Position numbers and translations under genes: made by a program
Source: a virus
Taxonomy: Duplodnaviria; Caudoviricetes
IMG/VR virus record: IMGVR_UViG_3300011335_000507
Coordinates: 1-35,852 of that record
Strand: one strand, 5' to 3'
Length of the DNA: 35,852 nt
Shown: positions 14,152 to 23,769 of the stretch, one piece after another
How the letters are laid out: every line of letters begins with the position of its first letter
How positions within the stretch are numbered: position 1 is the first letter of the stretch
The notes under the pieces: model-generated
Database searches by the model: none
Seen by the model: the letters and a program-made list of their open reading frames with translations, nothing else
What the model was told of the DNA's origin: nothing

Positions 14152-16020
14152 TTAATCGCCAAGAATTCCAGTTGCTGTACCTAGTCCAGCAGCGCCTGAT
14201 AGCAGTCCAGTTGGACGGGTTTGCGCCCTACGGTTTAACTCTATAAGGATTGCTCTTTGCTCAATAGGGTCAACCGTAAACAAACGCTTTTGCAATTGCT
14301 CTGATGTTTCAGTACCGATACCCTTGGCCCGTGAAAGCATTGACTTGCCAGCGGCTATAGCCAAACCAGTTAGCCCGCCAGTTGCCGCACTCTGCGCCAT
14401 CTGAGCAATGTCACCGGCCTGCTCTTGAGTCGCCAAACGCCCAGCGGTAGGCGAACCGCCTAGAACTGTCTTAGCGGTTTTACTTTGCTCACCTAATGCC
14501 TTGACGTACTGCGAAAACTCGTTGTACTTTTGTTGGTCATCAAACGCATATCGTACCAACAGCTTTTGGTTATCAGACTTAAACACCTGGCGGCTGAAGT
14601 CACCACCTTTGAAATCACCAACACGTTTGTTTATGTCTGCCATCATGCCAAGCCTGAAGGCTTCTTTCTCGGCATCATTGAATGCTTTGAGTTTTGCTGC
14701 TGCCTCTTTTACGTCAACGGATTGATACTTTTGGCCTAATTGGAAAGCCTTTTGTATGGTTGCGTAGTCAGCAAACTCAGCATTTGCTTTAGCGTATTCT
14801 GGGTTATTCGCCTTGATTAAATCGTTAAATTCATTTTTTACTTTAACTACATCACGTCCGTAAGGTGTAACCTTATTGGTTACTGCATCGGTTTCTTTAT
14901 TGATAACACGATCAAGCCCCATTTTTATTTGGTGGAGAATATCGGTAGGCACTGATTGAGCATTCTTAATTGCGCTTAGATCAGGTAGTGTTTCACCATA
15001 AACACCAGCACGGTCTACAGCCTCTTGATATGCTTTCAGAAACACAGGACGTTCAACGTACTTCCTAAACGGGTTTGCGTCAATGGCAAGTTTGTAGGCT
15101 TGCGGATAGGCTGCACTAGCTGCACTGGATTGATTCTCAGCAAGCGCAGTAAGGTACTCGTACCCATTGACGTTCTTAGCTAAACCGGCCTTTTCCACCA
15201 ACCCACGAACAATATCATTAGGCTGATCTATCAACCTGTTTTCTAGGAACTGTTCAGTTGGCCCTTTGGCCTTGGATTGGACAACGTAAGAACTGTACGC
15301 TAAGTCCTTCAAATTCTTACCAAGATCAGCAATCACTGGATTGGGGACACCAATGCGGCGCAACTCATCCAAAGCAGTTTGCGCCTCTTCAGCAGTCAGA
15401 TTGTCTTTTTGCAAGTAACTAGCAAGCATCTTGTTGGAGGCCAGCGCCTGGTCACCAATGCCATTAGCGTTCAGCACGTTCTTGATGACAGTGGTAGCGC
15501 CCTTGATTACCAATGGGACAGTACCGCCTACAGCGCCACCAAACAAAGCACCTAGACCTGTCTCTGCGCCGGTATCCTTCTCAGCGTAACCCATGCCTGA
15601 TAATGCGCCAGTTCCAGCCCCGATAGCAGTACCTCTAGCAGCCTGTCCTAACAATGACTCTCCAGAAAGCATTGCCTGAACTTCTGGTGAAGCAGTCTTA
15701 AAAGCCTTACCGATAATTCCAACTGGCAAAGCAAAGCCACCAGCTAACTCAACTGGTGTCTTGACGTATGGGTACTCCATGCCAAACTGCTTTTGCTGCT
15801 CACGCAATAGATTGCGTTGGCGCTCGTACTCAGGGCCGCTGATAGAGCCAGTTCGTAACGCTGCCTCGATCTCGTCCAGAGTGCCAAACGTCAATCCCTG
15901 ACCAAACGATCTAGCGGTTTCAGCAAGGCCAGAATAGGGAACGCCTGACACACCAGGCATTAGTACAGATGTCGATGCCTTGGGGCCATCAGCTAACGGT
16001 GCTTCAGTGTAATCAGCCAT
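14152..16020 (-). CDS. Internal virion / DNA ejection protein (622 aa)
   Basis: GQGLTFGTLDE, Gly/Ala-rich segments, helical; last structural gene. Confidence 0.7.
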   Translation of the reverse strand: MADYTEAPLADGPKASTSVLMPGVSGVPYSGLAETARSFGQGLTFGTLDEIEAALRTGSISGPEYERQRNLLREQQKQFGMEYPYVKTPVELAGGFALPVGIIGKAFKTASPEVQAMLSGESLLGQAARGTAIGAGTGALSGMGYAEKDTGAETGLGALFGGAVGGTVPLVIKGATTVIKNVLNANGIGDQALASNKMLASYLQKDNLTAEEAQTALDELRRIGVPNPVIADLGKNLKDLAYSSYVVQSKAKGPTEQFLENRLIDQPNDIVRGLVEKAGLAKNVNGYEYLTALAENQSSAASAAYPQAYKLAIDANPFRKYVERPVFLKAYQEAVDRAGVYGETLPDLSAIKNAQSVPTDILHQIKMGLDRVINKETDAVTNKVTPYGRDVVKVKNEFNDLIKANNPEYAKANAEFADYATIQKAFQLGQKYQSVDVKEAAAKLKAFNDAEKEAFRLGMMADINKRVGDFKGGDFSRQVFKSDNQKLLVRYAFDDQQKYNEFSQYVKALGEQSKTAKTVLGGSPTAGRLATQEQAGDIAQMAQSAATGGLTGLAIAAGKSMLSRAKGIGTETSEQLQKRLFTVDPIEQRAILIELNRRAQTRPTGLLSGAAGLGTATGILGD

Positions 16021-17540
16021 TATGGTTTAACCCTTCTAACTCCTTGCGGATCAACAAATATAGTCCCAGACGGGTACTTAGGATTCTTCAAGAAAGAATT
16101 GTAGTCACTAGGGGTAATGACATGAGGTTCAAACTTAGGTACGTCAATTGGTACTACTACATCTTTATATCCTGCGTTTGCCCTACGCCGTTCAACTGAT
16201 GTTTTAGCGTCAGAAACACGCCTAGCATTAATCTCAGCTAACTTATTCATAGCCCGTGCAGCATCAGCAGCAGACTCTGCGCTTGTAACTTCTTTTAATG
16301 CCCTCTGAGCATCACCCTCAGTTTGCGTTCCCTTATTCAATCGCAAACTTTCATTTGTCAACTGAGTAAGAAACTTATCGTAGTCATTACGCGCAATTAC
16401 ATCAGGGTCTTGCGATCCAAACGCATTACGCGCAGAGATAGAAGCACGATCCTTTAAGCCAAACTTAATCTCACCAGTTTTAATCCGATTGATGTAGTTA
16501 TAAGCATCCGTAGCCAAGTTCTTAGCGTCCTTGGCAAGCACATAGTCGGCATCTTCCTCTTTAGCCAGGTCAGCGCGTAACGGTTTGTTTGCTGCTGCTT
16601 CCTTTTTCGCTACAGCATCATCAATTTTTCTCTGTCGCTCATATAAAGCATTTTGCTGTGCAAGAACATTATTAGATTGTGCAATAGCAAGATATGCCTG
16701 AGAAGTTTGTAGCCCTTGCTGTTTATAACTATCCATCATTGCCTGATTAGATTTAATAGCATCTTGGTTTTGCTGGAACTGCTGAATCCTCTGAGTCATT
16801 TCAGTCAACTCTTTGACCTTGGCATCTGCTTTTTCTGGGTCAAGGATTCCCCTACTCAAGCTAGTTGAATACTGAGTTGCCAATGTCTTTACGTTAGCCG
16901 GTATTGTTGGGTCTTGCGTGAACACCTTAAAAGGATCATCTTCAACGCCACCAGCCGCACCAATACGGCGCAAATCAGGAATGATCTTAGCAAGTTGCTG
17001 GATAGCAGCCTGTCCTTGCGGGAACGACATTAACTTGGCTTTAACTTCCTCATTAATGCTGCCATCAGCGTTCTTGATCTGACCTATCAATTCATTGGCT
17101 ATGTTTGTAAGCCCACCGGCCTGCATACTTAATCCACGTTTAGTAAGGTAATCCTCGCGTTCCATCTTGGCCTGTTCAGCCTCCTGAGAACGCTGCGCGG
17201 CCTTCATCATCTCGCCACGCAAAGCATACGCTGCCTCGTTATCACCAGACTGCAATGCCGCTTGGATTGCCTGCGCGTAAGAGTCTAAGTTTGTCGGGTC
17301 AATCATTCCAAGCAATGCCTGGCGCTGACTAATCTTCTGCAACTCAGGGTCTTGCCCTCCAAGAGCACCACCCAAAGCACCAGCCAAGCCATAAGCACCA
17401 CGCCCGATAGCGTAGTTAGCTTGTTGGAACGGGTCTAATCTCGCGTACTGCATCGCCTGCTGCCCAGCCATATCAGCTTGCTGCTGCTGGTAGCCTTGCG
17501 GAGTAACGCCAAAAAGACTTTGAACAATATCTGTTGCCAT
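16020..17540 (-). CDS. Internal virion / DNA ejection protein (506 aa)
   Basis: Gln/Ala-rich helical protein; position. Confidence 0.7.
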   Translation of the reverse strand: MATDIVQSLFGVTPQGYQQQQADMAGQQAMQYARLDPFQQANYAIGRGAYGLAGALGGALGGQDPELQKISQRQALLGMIDPTNLDSYAQAIQAALQSGDNEAAYALRGEMMKAAQRSQEAEQAKMEREDYLTKRGLSMQAGGLTNIANELIGQIKNADGSINEEVKAKLMSFPQGQAAIQQLAKIIPDLRRIGAAGGVEDDPFKVFTQDPTIPANVKTLATQYSTSLSRGILDPEKADAKVKELTEMTQRIQQFQQNQDAIKSNQAMMDSYKQQGLQTSQAYLAIAQSNNVLAQQNALYERQRKIDDAVAKKEAAANKPLRADLAKEEDADYVLAKDAKNLATDAYNYINRIKTGEIKFGLKDRASISARNAFGSQDPDVIARNDYDKFLTQLTNESLRLNKGTQTEGDAQRALKEVTSAESAADAARAMNKLAEINARRVSDAKTSVERRRANAGYKDVVVPIDVPKFEPHVITPSDYNSFLKNPKYPSGTIFVDPQGVRRVKP

Positions 17541-17548
17541 GATTACCC

Positions 17549-18592
17549 CTATGTTCCGAACAAACGATTTTGATAGTACGGCGAAAGATTAGAAGTATTG
17601 CCTGTTGTCGTGTAGTCAACAAAGCCCTGACTTCTACCACCTCCAAATAGATTTGCAGCACTGTTCATCAATTGCGGATTCTGTGAAGCACTGACTAAGG
17701 CAGTAGCAAACGGGTTGTAAGCGTTAGCAGCCGCATTGCTTCCAGCAGCAGCCATACCACCCTGATACATCGCATTAGCCGCGCTAGGACTCATTCCTTT
17801 AGCGCCGATATTGATGCCAATATCAAGCGGTTGCTGGCCTAGTGTCTCCAGCCCCGTAGCGCCTTGTAGATACGCTTGGTAAGGACTCAAAGCACCTACT
17901 TGGCCTTGATAGCCTTGAGTAATCAAGTTGCCACCAGTACCAAGCAATCCAGCACCAAAGAGTGCGCGTTGCTGGCCTGCTTGATCTGCCTGCGCTGCCA
18001 GTGCAGCGTCTTGCTGCGCCATTGCGTTGTAATACGCTTCCATCTCTGGAGTGGTAGCGCCAAGGCCAGCTGCACCGCTAGGACGCGCACCAGTTGCGCC
18101 AACACTTAACCCGCCACGGCCTTGCTGAAACAAAGTATTCTGCAACTGCGACATTTGACGTTCACGGCTTGGGGCAAGCAATTCCTGCTGTGAGGCCATG
18201 TACTGCTGCGCGGCCTGCTGGGGCGACTGAGCCAGGTACTGCTGACCAAGCCCGAATAGACCTTGGCCTGCTTGCTGTAGCGGCGCAAACTGCTGCTGCG
18301 CTCCCTCTGCCTGGCTCAAGCCTTGCCCTGCTAACCCGAGGAATCGGTCTTGCATTGCTTGCATCTCAGGCGACAAGGTGTAGCCAGCGCCGCTAACGCG
18401 CCCATCTGGGCCTGTAGTGAACTGTGATGTGCCAAACCTAGTAGTCACACCTACAGGCCGAAAACGGGCCTCTTCAGCGGCTAATCGGGCTGCTTCTTGT
18501 TGTGCAGCGGCCTGCTGACGTGCAGAATTTTGCGCTGAGTTACCTCCAAGCAACCCGCCCAAAAGTGATAAACCACCAGTAATCCAAGGCAT
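17549..18592 (-). CDS. Ejection/pilot-like protein (347 aa)
   Basis: GGLSLLGGLLGG N-terminus, Gln/Ala/Gly-rich. Confidence 0.7.
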   Translation of the reverse strand: MPWITGGLSLLGGLLGGNSAQNSARQQAAAQQEAARLAAEEARFRPVGVTTRFGTSQFTTGPDGRVSGAGYTLSPEMQAMQDRFLGLAGQGLSQAEGAQQQFAPLQQAGQGLFGLGQQYLAQSPQQAAQQYMASQQELLAPSRERQMSQLQNTLFQQGRGGLSVGATGARPSGAAGLGATTPEMEAYYNAMAQQDAALAAQADQAGQQRALFGAGLLGTGGNLITQGYQGQVGALSPYQAYLQGATGLETLGQQPLDIGINIGAKGMSPSAANAMYQGGMAAAGSNAAANAYNPFATALVSASQNPQLMNSAANLFGGGRSQGFVDYTTTGNTSNLSPYYQNRLFGT

Positions 18593-18593
18593 A

Positions 18594-18890
18594 TTAATCC
18601 CCTTTAATCAAAACTTCATCTATCTTTGACGGGTCTTTCTCGTCAGTGTGATGGATGCAATACCAAACAACATCGGTCATAGCCTTAACGCCATGATTCT
18701 CGCCTGCAACAATATTCAAACAGGCAGGGGCATCAATAATCTGTGTTTCCCCATCCTTAACAAAAACAACTCTACCTTTAGCAAGAATGCCAAAGTGCGA
18801 ATACTCATGCTGGTGTTGCATAAGCATCTGACCAGCACTAATATGCGTTTCCTTTGCATACAACCCATCACTGAAGTGGTGAGTAATCAT
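18594..18890 (-). CDS. Cupin-fold protein
   Basis: HHFSDGLYAKE...QHQH.YSH...AGENHGV. Confidence 0.75.
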   Translation of the reverse strand: MITHHFSDGLYAKETHISAGQMLMQHQHEYSHFGILAKGRVVFVKDGETQIIDAPACLNIVAGENHGVKAMTDVVWYCIHHTDEKDPSKIDEVLIKGD

Positions 18891-19558
18891 GCCGTGCGCT
18901 GCCACATATAAACAACAACATACGGTTGAAGATTGGTATCTGTTACCGATGTTCCTGTTAAGCTATTGGATACTGTAATGCCTGTTGTTGCTGTGGCAGT
19001 GGTTTGAGTTAAATTTCCACGAGCAACAGCATTCGCGCCAGGAAATGTTCCATTGTCAAGATAAGTAGACCATCCATCATAATTATGAGCATGAGGTGAT
19101 TCTGTTACTGTTGCTGTATGAGTGTGGCTTGGTAAGCCGGTGGAATCTTTATTTCCACCAGTAGCTCCAGCAGTATATGTTCCTCCACCACCTGTTCCAG
19201 CACCAATTGCTACCCTGCCTTGACCAAATGCTGTCCAAGTACCAAAACCTAGCAAAGTGCCAGGATTTGTTGAGTTGGTGGCATTGATATATATTGATCC
19301 AACTGGATGCAGTATTTGGAATGCAGCTTGTACAAACGCTGTAGTAGCTAATTGAGTTGTATTAGTTGCAGCAGAAGCAGTAGGCGCAACAGGAGTACCC
19401 GTAAACGTGGGGCTGGCGGTATCTGCCTTGGTTGCCACCGCGATAGCAATATTGGCAAACTCGGTGTTGATCTCCGTCCCCTTGAGAATCTTCAGGGGAT
19501 CGCCAGACGTAAGCGCGTCCTTAGTCGCAAAATTCGTGGACTGTGTGTAGTTACTCAT
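18887..19558 (-). CDS. Short tail fibre/needle-like protein
   Basis: SPTFTGTPVAPT, HPVGSIY, GFGTW, LPSHTH, NLQPYVVVYMWQRTA. Confidence 0.75.
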   Translation of the reverse strand: MSNYTQSTNFATKDALTSGDPLKILKGTEINTEFANIAIAVATKADTASPTFTGTPVAPTASAATNTTQLATTAFVQAAFQILHPVGSIYINATNSTNPGTLLGFGTWTAFGQGRVAIGAGTGGGGTYTAGATGGNKDSTGLPSHTHTATVTESPHAHNYDGWSTYLDNGTFPGANAVARGNLTQTTATATTGITVSNSLTGTSVTDTNLQPYVVVYMWQRTA

Positions 19559-21114
19559 GTTTGTTTCCCATCCTTAAATTGGATTTCTATGCGCTGAATA
19601 GATAACGAAGAGCCATTTATTGTTGACTCATATCCAGTTTGGACAATTTTACCCGCGCCACTGGCTTGCGTAACTAGGGTTTGCAAAGCAACACCATCAG
19701 AATATTTCGCTACCACGGTTGCATTAGCACCGTACTCAGCAATCCCGTACTCACTAACGCCTTGGGTTGGAATCGCCACATTATTAGATAGAAAGTTAGC
19801 GGTGAAATCAAACGCCCACTTCATGGTGACGAACTGGTTAGACCCGCCAATAACGACAGTTTTCAACTTCTTTAAAACTGAAGTAGCGTTTGCAAGACCT
19901 AGATCAGAATGATTGGTGTAATACTGCAAACGGTATGAAGATGTGTAGTCTTGATAGTTTTCGTACTTACCCAGATAGCCGTTCTTACCTATAACCAGGT
20001 CACCATTGCGCCGGTACAGCAAAGCGGTAGGCTCAATCGAGTCCCAAACCGTCACCCTAAGTGAACCATCCTGCAACTGAATGCGCGTATCCAAGCAATA
20101 CACTTGCTTGGTGGATGGCAAGGTAAGCAGATAAAACGCTTCCTTCTCGGAATAGACCGACTTAATGTTGGCTAGTGTTTCGCTTGCAATTGATGCCATC
20201 AGGTCATTGCGTACATTCTTTGATAGGTCACCCAATGGGGCAGACTTCTCAATGATTGTCCTGGCAAACGATCTGACACCAGAGTTAGACAGGAAAAGAA
20301 TATCCTTACCCGTGCTTTGGATAGAGTCCCTGGCGGTGCAGCCGATACCACCAACAGCGTCACTCAATGACATCGTGGATGGTGTCGTAGCATTCTCATA
20401 CACCAAGATTTGACGTTTGCCAAAGATGATTAACGCACCGTTGTGCGTTGCCAGGCCGGTGATCTCATCAGCCCCGTTAGGCCAAACCCTGTCAACATTC
20501 AAGGAGCCAGAAGTTCCAGTTGACCATACATGGCCTGCTAACAAGTCTGAGAAGTAAACCGTATTTTTAACTGTAGATGTATTGGCAGTCCACAAACGTC
20601 CAAACGCTGAGATAGCAATATTGGCGCTAGGTACGGTAGCAACATAACCAGTTTTCTCGCTTACGCACCTGTATGTCGTTGTACTTACTGCTGGGTCATA
20701 GATCAGTGGATCGTGACCAGTTTGAAAGAAGAAAGTGATTGAGTTAAGCGAGGCGCATGACCAGTTACTGGCTGTAATCGTAGGCGCAGACCCGCCACCA
20801 CCATACGTCAACTCGGTAACTGTATTGGTGGAACTGAGTTTGAAAATCTTGTTGTTGCCAGCGAATAGAACGGTAATGGTTCCATCACTTTGCACTAACT
20901 CATGGACAACGCCAACATCATTAGCGCCAAGGTTGCCTGAAGATGCATTGATCCTAGACCAGCCATTCCTAGCGCCAATGCGTCCGTACTGGTCAATGAC
21001 ACAGTTAGTAGCAGCCAAAGCAAACCCACTGGCTAAGTCCAGAGGCGAGTCTTGCGTATTCAGGCCATAAAAGCCTGGTGCTTGAACACTAGCAGTTTGC
21101 AGTGCTTGGCTCAT
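19555..21114 (-). CDS. Tail nozzle / head-closure (tubular protein B-like)
   Basis: 519 aa beta-rich (propeller-like) protein after adaptor. Confidence 0.7.
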   Translation of the reverse strand: MSQALQTASVQAPGFYGLNTQDSPLDLASGFALAATNCVIDQYGRIGARNGWSRINASSGNLGANDVGVVHELVQSDGTITVLFAGNNKIFKLSSTNTVTELTYGGGGSAPTITASNWSCASLNSITFFFQTGHDPLIYDPAVSTTTYRCVSEKTGYVATVPSANIAISAFGRLWTANTSTVKNTVYFSDLLAGHVWSTGTSGSLNVDRVWPNGADEITGLATHNGALIIFGKRQILVYENATTPSTMSLSDAVGGIGCTARDSIQSTGKDILFLSNSGVRSFARTIIEKSAPLGDLSKNVRNDLMASIASETLANIKSVYSEKEAFYLLTLPSTKQVYCLDTRIQLQDGSLRVTVWDSIEPTALLYRRNGDLVIGKNGYLGKYENYQDYTSSYRLQYYTNHSDLGLANATSVLKKLKTVVIGGSNQFVTMKWAFDFTANFLSNNVAIPTQGVSEYGIAEYGANATVVAKYSDGVALQTLVTQASGAGKIVQTGYESTINGSSLSIQRIEIQFKDGKQT

Positions 21115-21758
21115 ATCGCTACAAACTCCTGATTTTCTGGGTAGCGAGTAGCTTCCAAGGCAATGGAGTCAGACAGCATCGACTTGTAAAGCTGGTACGC
21201 TTCAGAGGAAGATAGGCCTCCGTCCTCACCACGTTCAACCAGCGCCCGAGCATACGCATTCTGCGCCACCAAGGTATCGGAAACCAAGATTGATGTGCTG
21301 TCAGAGGATAAAGTTGCCTGCGGAACAGTCAACGAAAACAAGATTGTGTACACGCCATCAGGCCGCGAATACAGGCTTACCTTGGTATCGCCACTCGCGT
21401 CAACACCATCAAAAGAATAGTATTCTGGGACTCCAGTTGCCACCGGCACAAGGTTTTGAAACCTGTTCATTTGAACAAAACTAATGTTTTGCAACCCCAC
21501 GTTTGACGTAGTGTTAATGGCATCCATAACCTGGAACTTCTGGCCTGCACCAGTAAGGCTATAGCTGTAGGTGTTTGCCACCGTTGTCAGCGTTACCGTA
21601 GTACCAAGCGCGTTCCAGCTAAACGCATCCTCTACCTGGCGTTTGGCATCATTGACAAACTTCCCGATAAGGCTTGAGTAGGTAGTCTCGTTGTTGGTGG
21701 CTACAGTTGTCTCACGCAACCGCACCAACACATCGTTAATCAGTTCTAGGTAGGTCAT
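21111..21758 (-). CDS. Tail adaptor (tubular protein A-like)
   Basis: MTYLELINDVLVRLRE...FVNDAKRQVE..FSW. Confidence 0.75.
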   Translation of the reverse strand: MTYLELINDVLVRLRETTVATNNETTYSSLIGKFVNDAKRQVEDAFSWNALGTTVTLTTVANTYSYSLTGAGQKFQVMDAINTTSNVGLQNISFVQMNRFQNLVPVATGVPEYYSFDGVDASGDTKVSLYSRPDGVYTILFSLTVPQATLSSDSTSILVSDTLVAQNAYARALVERGEDGGLSSSEAYQLYKSMLSDSIALEATRYPENQEFVAI

Positions 21759-22090
21759 GATCGAGTCAACCCTTCTTCTTCAAATGTTGCTATAAAACTG
21801 AATGTGCTTGCCGCTTCAGTAGTTATTTTGATTTTGTCGCCTTCTTCCAAAACAATGTAGGCATTGCCATCAAACTGTAAGTAATTTTTTGATGTAAAGT
21901 TGTATTGAGTCAATATATCAAGAGTGGTGTTAGCACTAGCGTCAAACCATTGAACAGTTATATGCTTAGTAGAGCCACCTGTATTGTGTATATACATTAC
22001 AGTGAATTTAGAGTAATAACCCGTAGGGCAGGTATAGACTGTTGTGTCTACTGCTGCTGTGGGGCTAACACCAACTGATAATGCTCTCAT
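21755..22090 (-). CDS. Small beta-rich virion protein
   Basis: TVYTCP...IVLEEGDKI pattern. Confidence 0.65.
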   Translation of the reverse strand: MRALSVGVSPTAAVDTTVYTCPTGYYSKFTVMYIHNTGGSTKHITVQWFDASANTTLDILTQYNFTSKNYLQFDGNAYIVLEEGDKIKITTEAASTFSFIATFEEEGLTRS

Positions 22091-22392
22091 TTTGCTTTCG
22101 CCTTATTTCGTTCTGAAATAGACTTAGCCTTTGCCTTTGCGTCAGCTTTTGAGGATGCACCCCATGCCTTCAGCGAAAGAAGCAGTCTTGTCGGTTCGCC
22201 TTTCTTGTCGTACTCAGGGCCATCATTACCCCCCATACGCGCCAAGAAACTCGCTCTACGGGGATTGTCCCCCGACTTTACTGGCGCTTTAAGATCACCA
22301 CCAGTAGAGGCATTATAGGATGCTCTCCCCTTGGCATTCAACCCGCCTTTGGGATTTTTACCCTCGGATCGTTGCCAAGCAGGAGTTTTCAT
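22087..22392 (-). CDS. Basic conserved phage protein (PAWQRSEGKNPKGGLN)
   Basis: Lys/Gly-rich; coupled to neighbours. Confidence 0.75.
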   Translation of the reverse strand: MKTPAWQRSEGKNPKGGLNAKGRASYNASTGGDLKAPVKSGDNPRRASFLARMGGNDGPEYDKKGEPTRLLLSLKAWGASSKADAKAKAKSISERNKAKAK

Positions 22393-22551
22393 CTACTTAG
22401 CCTTTTTGGGTTTCTTTGCAGTCTTTGCGGCTTGTTTGAAGTCAGCAGCACTAGGCGCGGCCTTAGACCCCACCTTATTCATCTTCTCGCCAGAGCCAGC
22501 AGCGATACGCTTTTGCTTGGCATTGATTGCAGAATAAAGACCTGGTTTCAT
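22393..22551 (-). CDS. Basic 52-aa protein (MKPGLYSAINAK...; not in ORF track)
   Basis: Lys/Ala-rich, exact fill between neighbours. Confidence 0.7.
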   Translation of the reverse strand: MKPGLYSAINAKQKRIAAGSGEKMNKVGSKAAPSAADFKQAAKTAKKPKKAK

Positions 22552-22724
22552 TTTTTCTTACCCATCTTGCTGGCTTCAGAAAGAGAAATAGCTATGGCTT
22601 GCTTTCTGCTTTTAACAACAGGGCCACCTTTGCCAGAATGCAAAGTTCCAGATTTGTACTCACCCATTACCTTACCAACTTTAGCGGCTGCTTTCTTAGT
22701 TTTAGGTACTTTGGCATACATCAT
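22548..22724 (-). CDS. Basic protein (DUF6496-like, KVMGEYKSGTLHSG...QAIAI)
   Basis: Motif recognition; AAGGA RBS. Confidence 0.7.
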   Translation of the reverse strand: MMYAKVPKTKKAAAKVGKVMGEYKSGTLHSGKGGPVVKSRKQAIAISLSEASKMGKKK

Positions 22725-22728
22725 GATA

Positions 22729-23136
22729 TTAATCCTTAGTGATAGGCCCACCAGATTTCCACGCATCACAAGTACGGGCCGCTGCACAAGTGAATTGAAA
22801 TAGGTCACAGTATCCTAAATTTGCAGCTTCAATAAACTGCTTGTCATAGGACAATTCTCCTTTACCCTCATCCTTTTCCAGCCCATCAGATATGCACTGC
22901 ATCATCTTTGGTGTCTGGATAAATGCCGCACAGTTACCGCAGCGCATTGATTTGATGGAGGATGTTGGAGCGTTATACATCTTGGCCTTCTTTAGCCAAA
23001 ATGCTTCATTTGGTTCGTCAGGGTTTGGTGGCCCATAACCGTAATCCGCAAACGCATGGTTGCGGTTTTTCAGATTAACTGAAACGTCCTGTGTTGCGAT
23101 AGGACATACCACACCAGATAAAAGACCTTCTTTCAT
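22729..23136 (-). CDS. Cys-containing hypothetical protein (135 aa)
   Basis: CGNCAAF, GYC...C...TCDAW. Confidence 0.75.
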   Translation of the reverse strand: MKEGLLSGVVCPIATQDVSVNLKNRNHAFADYGYGPPNPDEPNEAFWLKKAKMYNAPTSSIKSMRCGNCAAFIQTPKMMQCISDGLEKDEGKGELSYDKQFIEAANLGYCDLFQFTCAAARTCDAWKSGGPITKD

Positions 23137-23345
23137 GCTGCCATCCTAGCTTTTGGTGGACGGCCCATGCGCCTGACTTGAACTGGCGCGGTCATCGGCA
23201 ATACTTTATTCTCTAACTCAACCTTAACAGCATCGCCATTCTCATCGACTCGGACATAACCACTATGACCACGCATAGAGTCAATGTCGTGCTGTGACGT
23301 AAATGTAACGGTATTACCGCTTTGCAAGCACTTAAAGGTTGCCAT
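23133..23345 (-). CDS. Hypothetical protein ending in GRPPK (AT-hook-like)
   Basis: GGAG RBS. Confidence 0.7.
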   Translation of the reverse strand: MATFKCLQSGNTVTFTSQHDIDSMRGHSGYVRVDENGDAVKVELENKVLPMTAPVQVRRMGRPPKARMAA

Positions 23346-23356
23346 ATAGATACTCC

Positions 23357-23385
23357 AAAAAAAGAGGGGTTATTAGCCCCTCTTT
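23357..23385 (-). terminator. Rho-independent terminator after capsid decoration gene
   Basis: AAAGAGGGGC-TAATA-ACCCCTCTTT-TTTT. Confidence 0.75.
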
Positions 23386-23387
23386 AA

Positions 23388-23711
23388 TTACACCGAACGT
23401 GCAATAGTCAGGTTCAAGGTTGTTGACGCTAAGTCAACAGCAGCACCAGTTGGATTGTAGGTAGCAATCGTCACTGTGTTGGTGGCAGAAACATAAGCGC
23501 GACGGACAAGTCCAGCCTCACTTACGCCAATTGCCATACCAATCACCTGGTCACCCAAAGCCACGCCTGGCACAGTAACTGTGTCAGTAGCTGTACCAGC
23601 GATACCTACTGAGGCGCTATCAAGCGTACAAGTAACGTCCCAAGTATCAGTAAAAAGTCCACGAAATGAGTCGTTACCACGGCGGGAAACGACAGCGGTT
23701 GCAGCAGCCAT
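23388..23711 (-). CDS. Capsid decoration/minor capsid protein
   Basis: Beta-rich 107 aa directly after MCP; AGGAGG RBS. Confidence 0.65.
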   Translation of the reverse strand: MAAATAVVSRRGNDSFRGLFTDTWDVTCTLDSASVGIAGTATDTVTVPGVALGDQVIGMAIGVSEAGLVRRAYVSATNTVTIATYNPTGAAVDLASTTLNLTIARSV

Positions 23712-23731
23712 ATTAAATACCTCCTAAAGTT

Positions 23732-23762
23732 AAAAAGTACCCCCCCCTCGTTAGAGGGAGGG
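23732..23762 (-). terminator. Weak terminator/attenuator hairpin after major capsid gene
   Basis: CCCTCCCTC-TAAC-GAGGGGGGG then TACTTTTT. Confidence 0.5.
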
Positions 23763-23769
23763 ATTTCTA

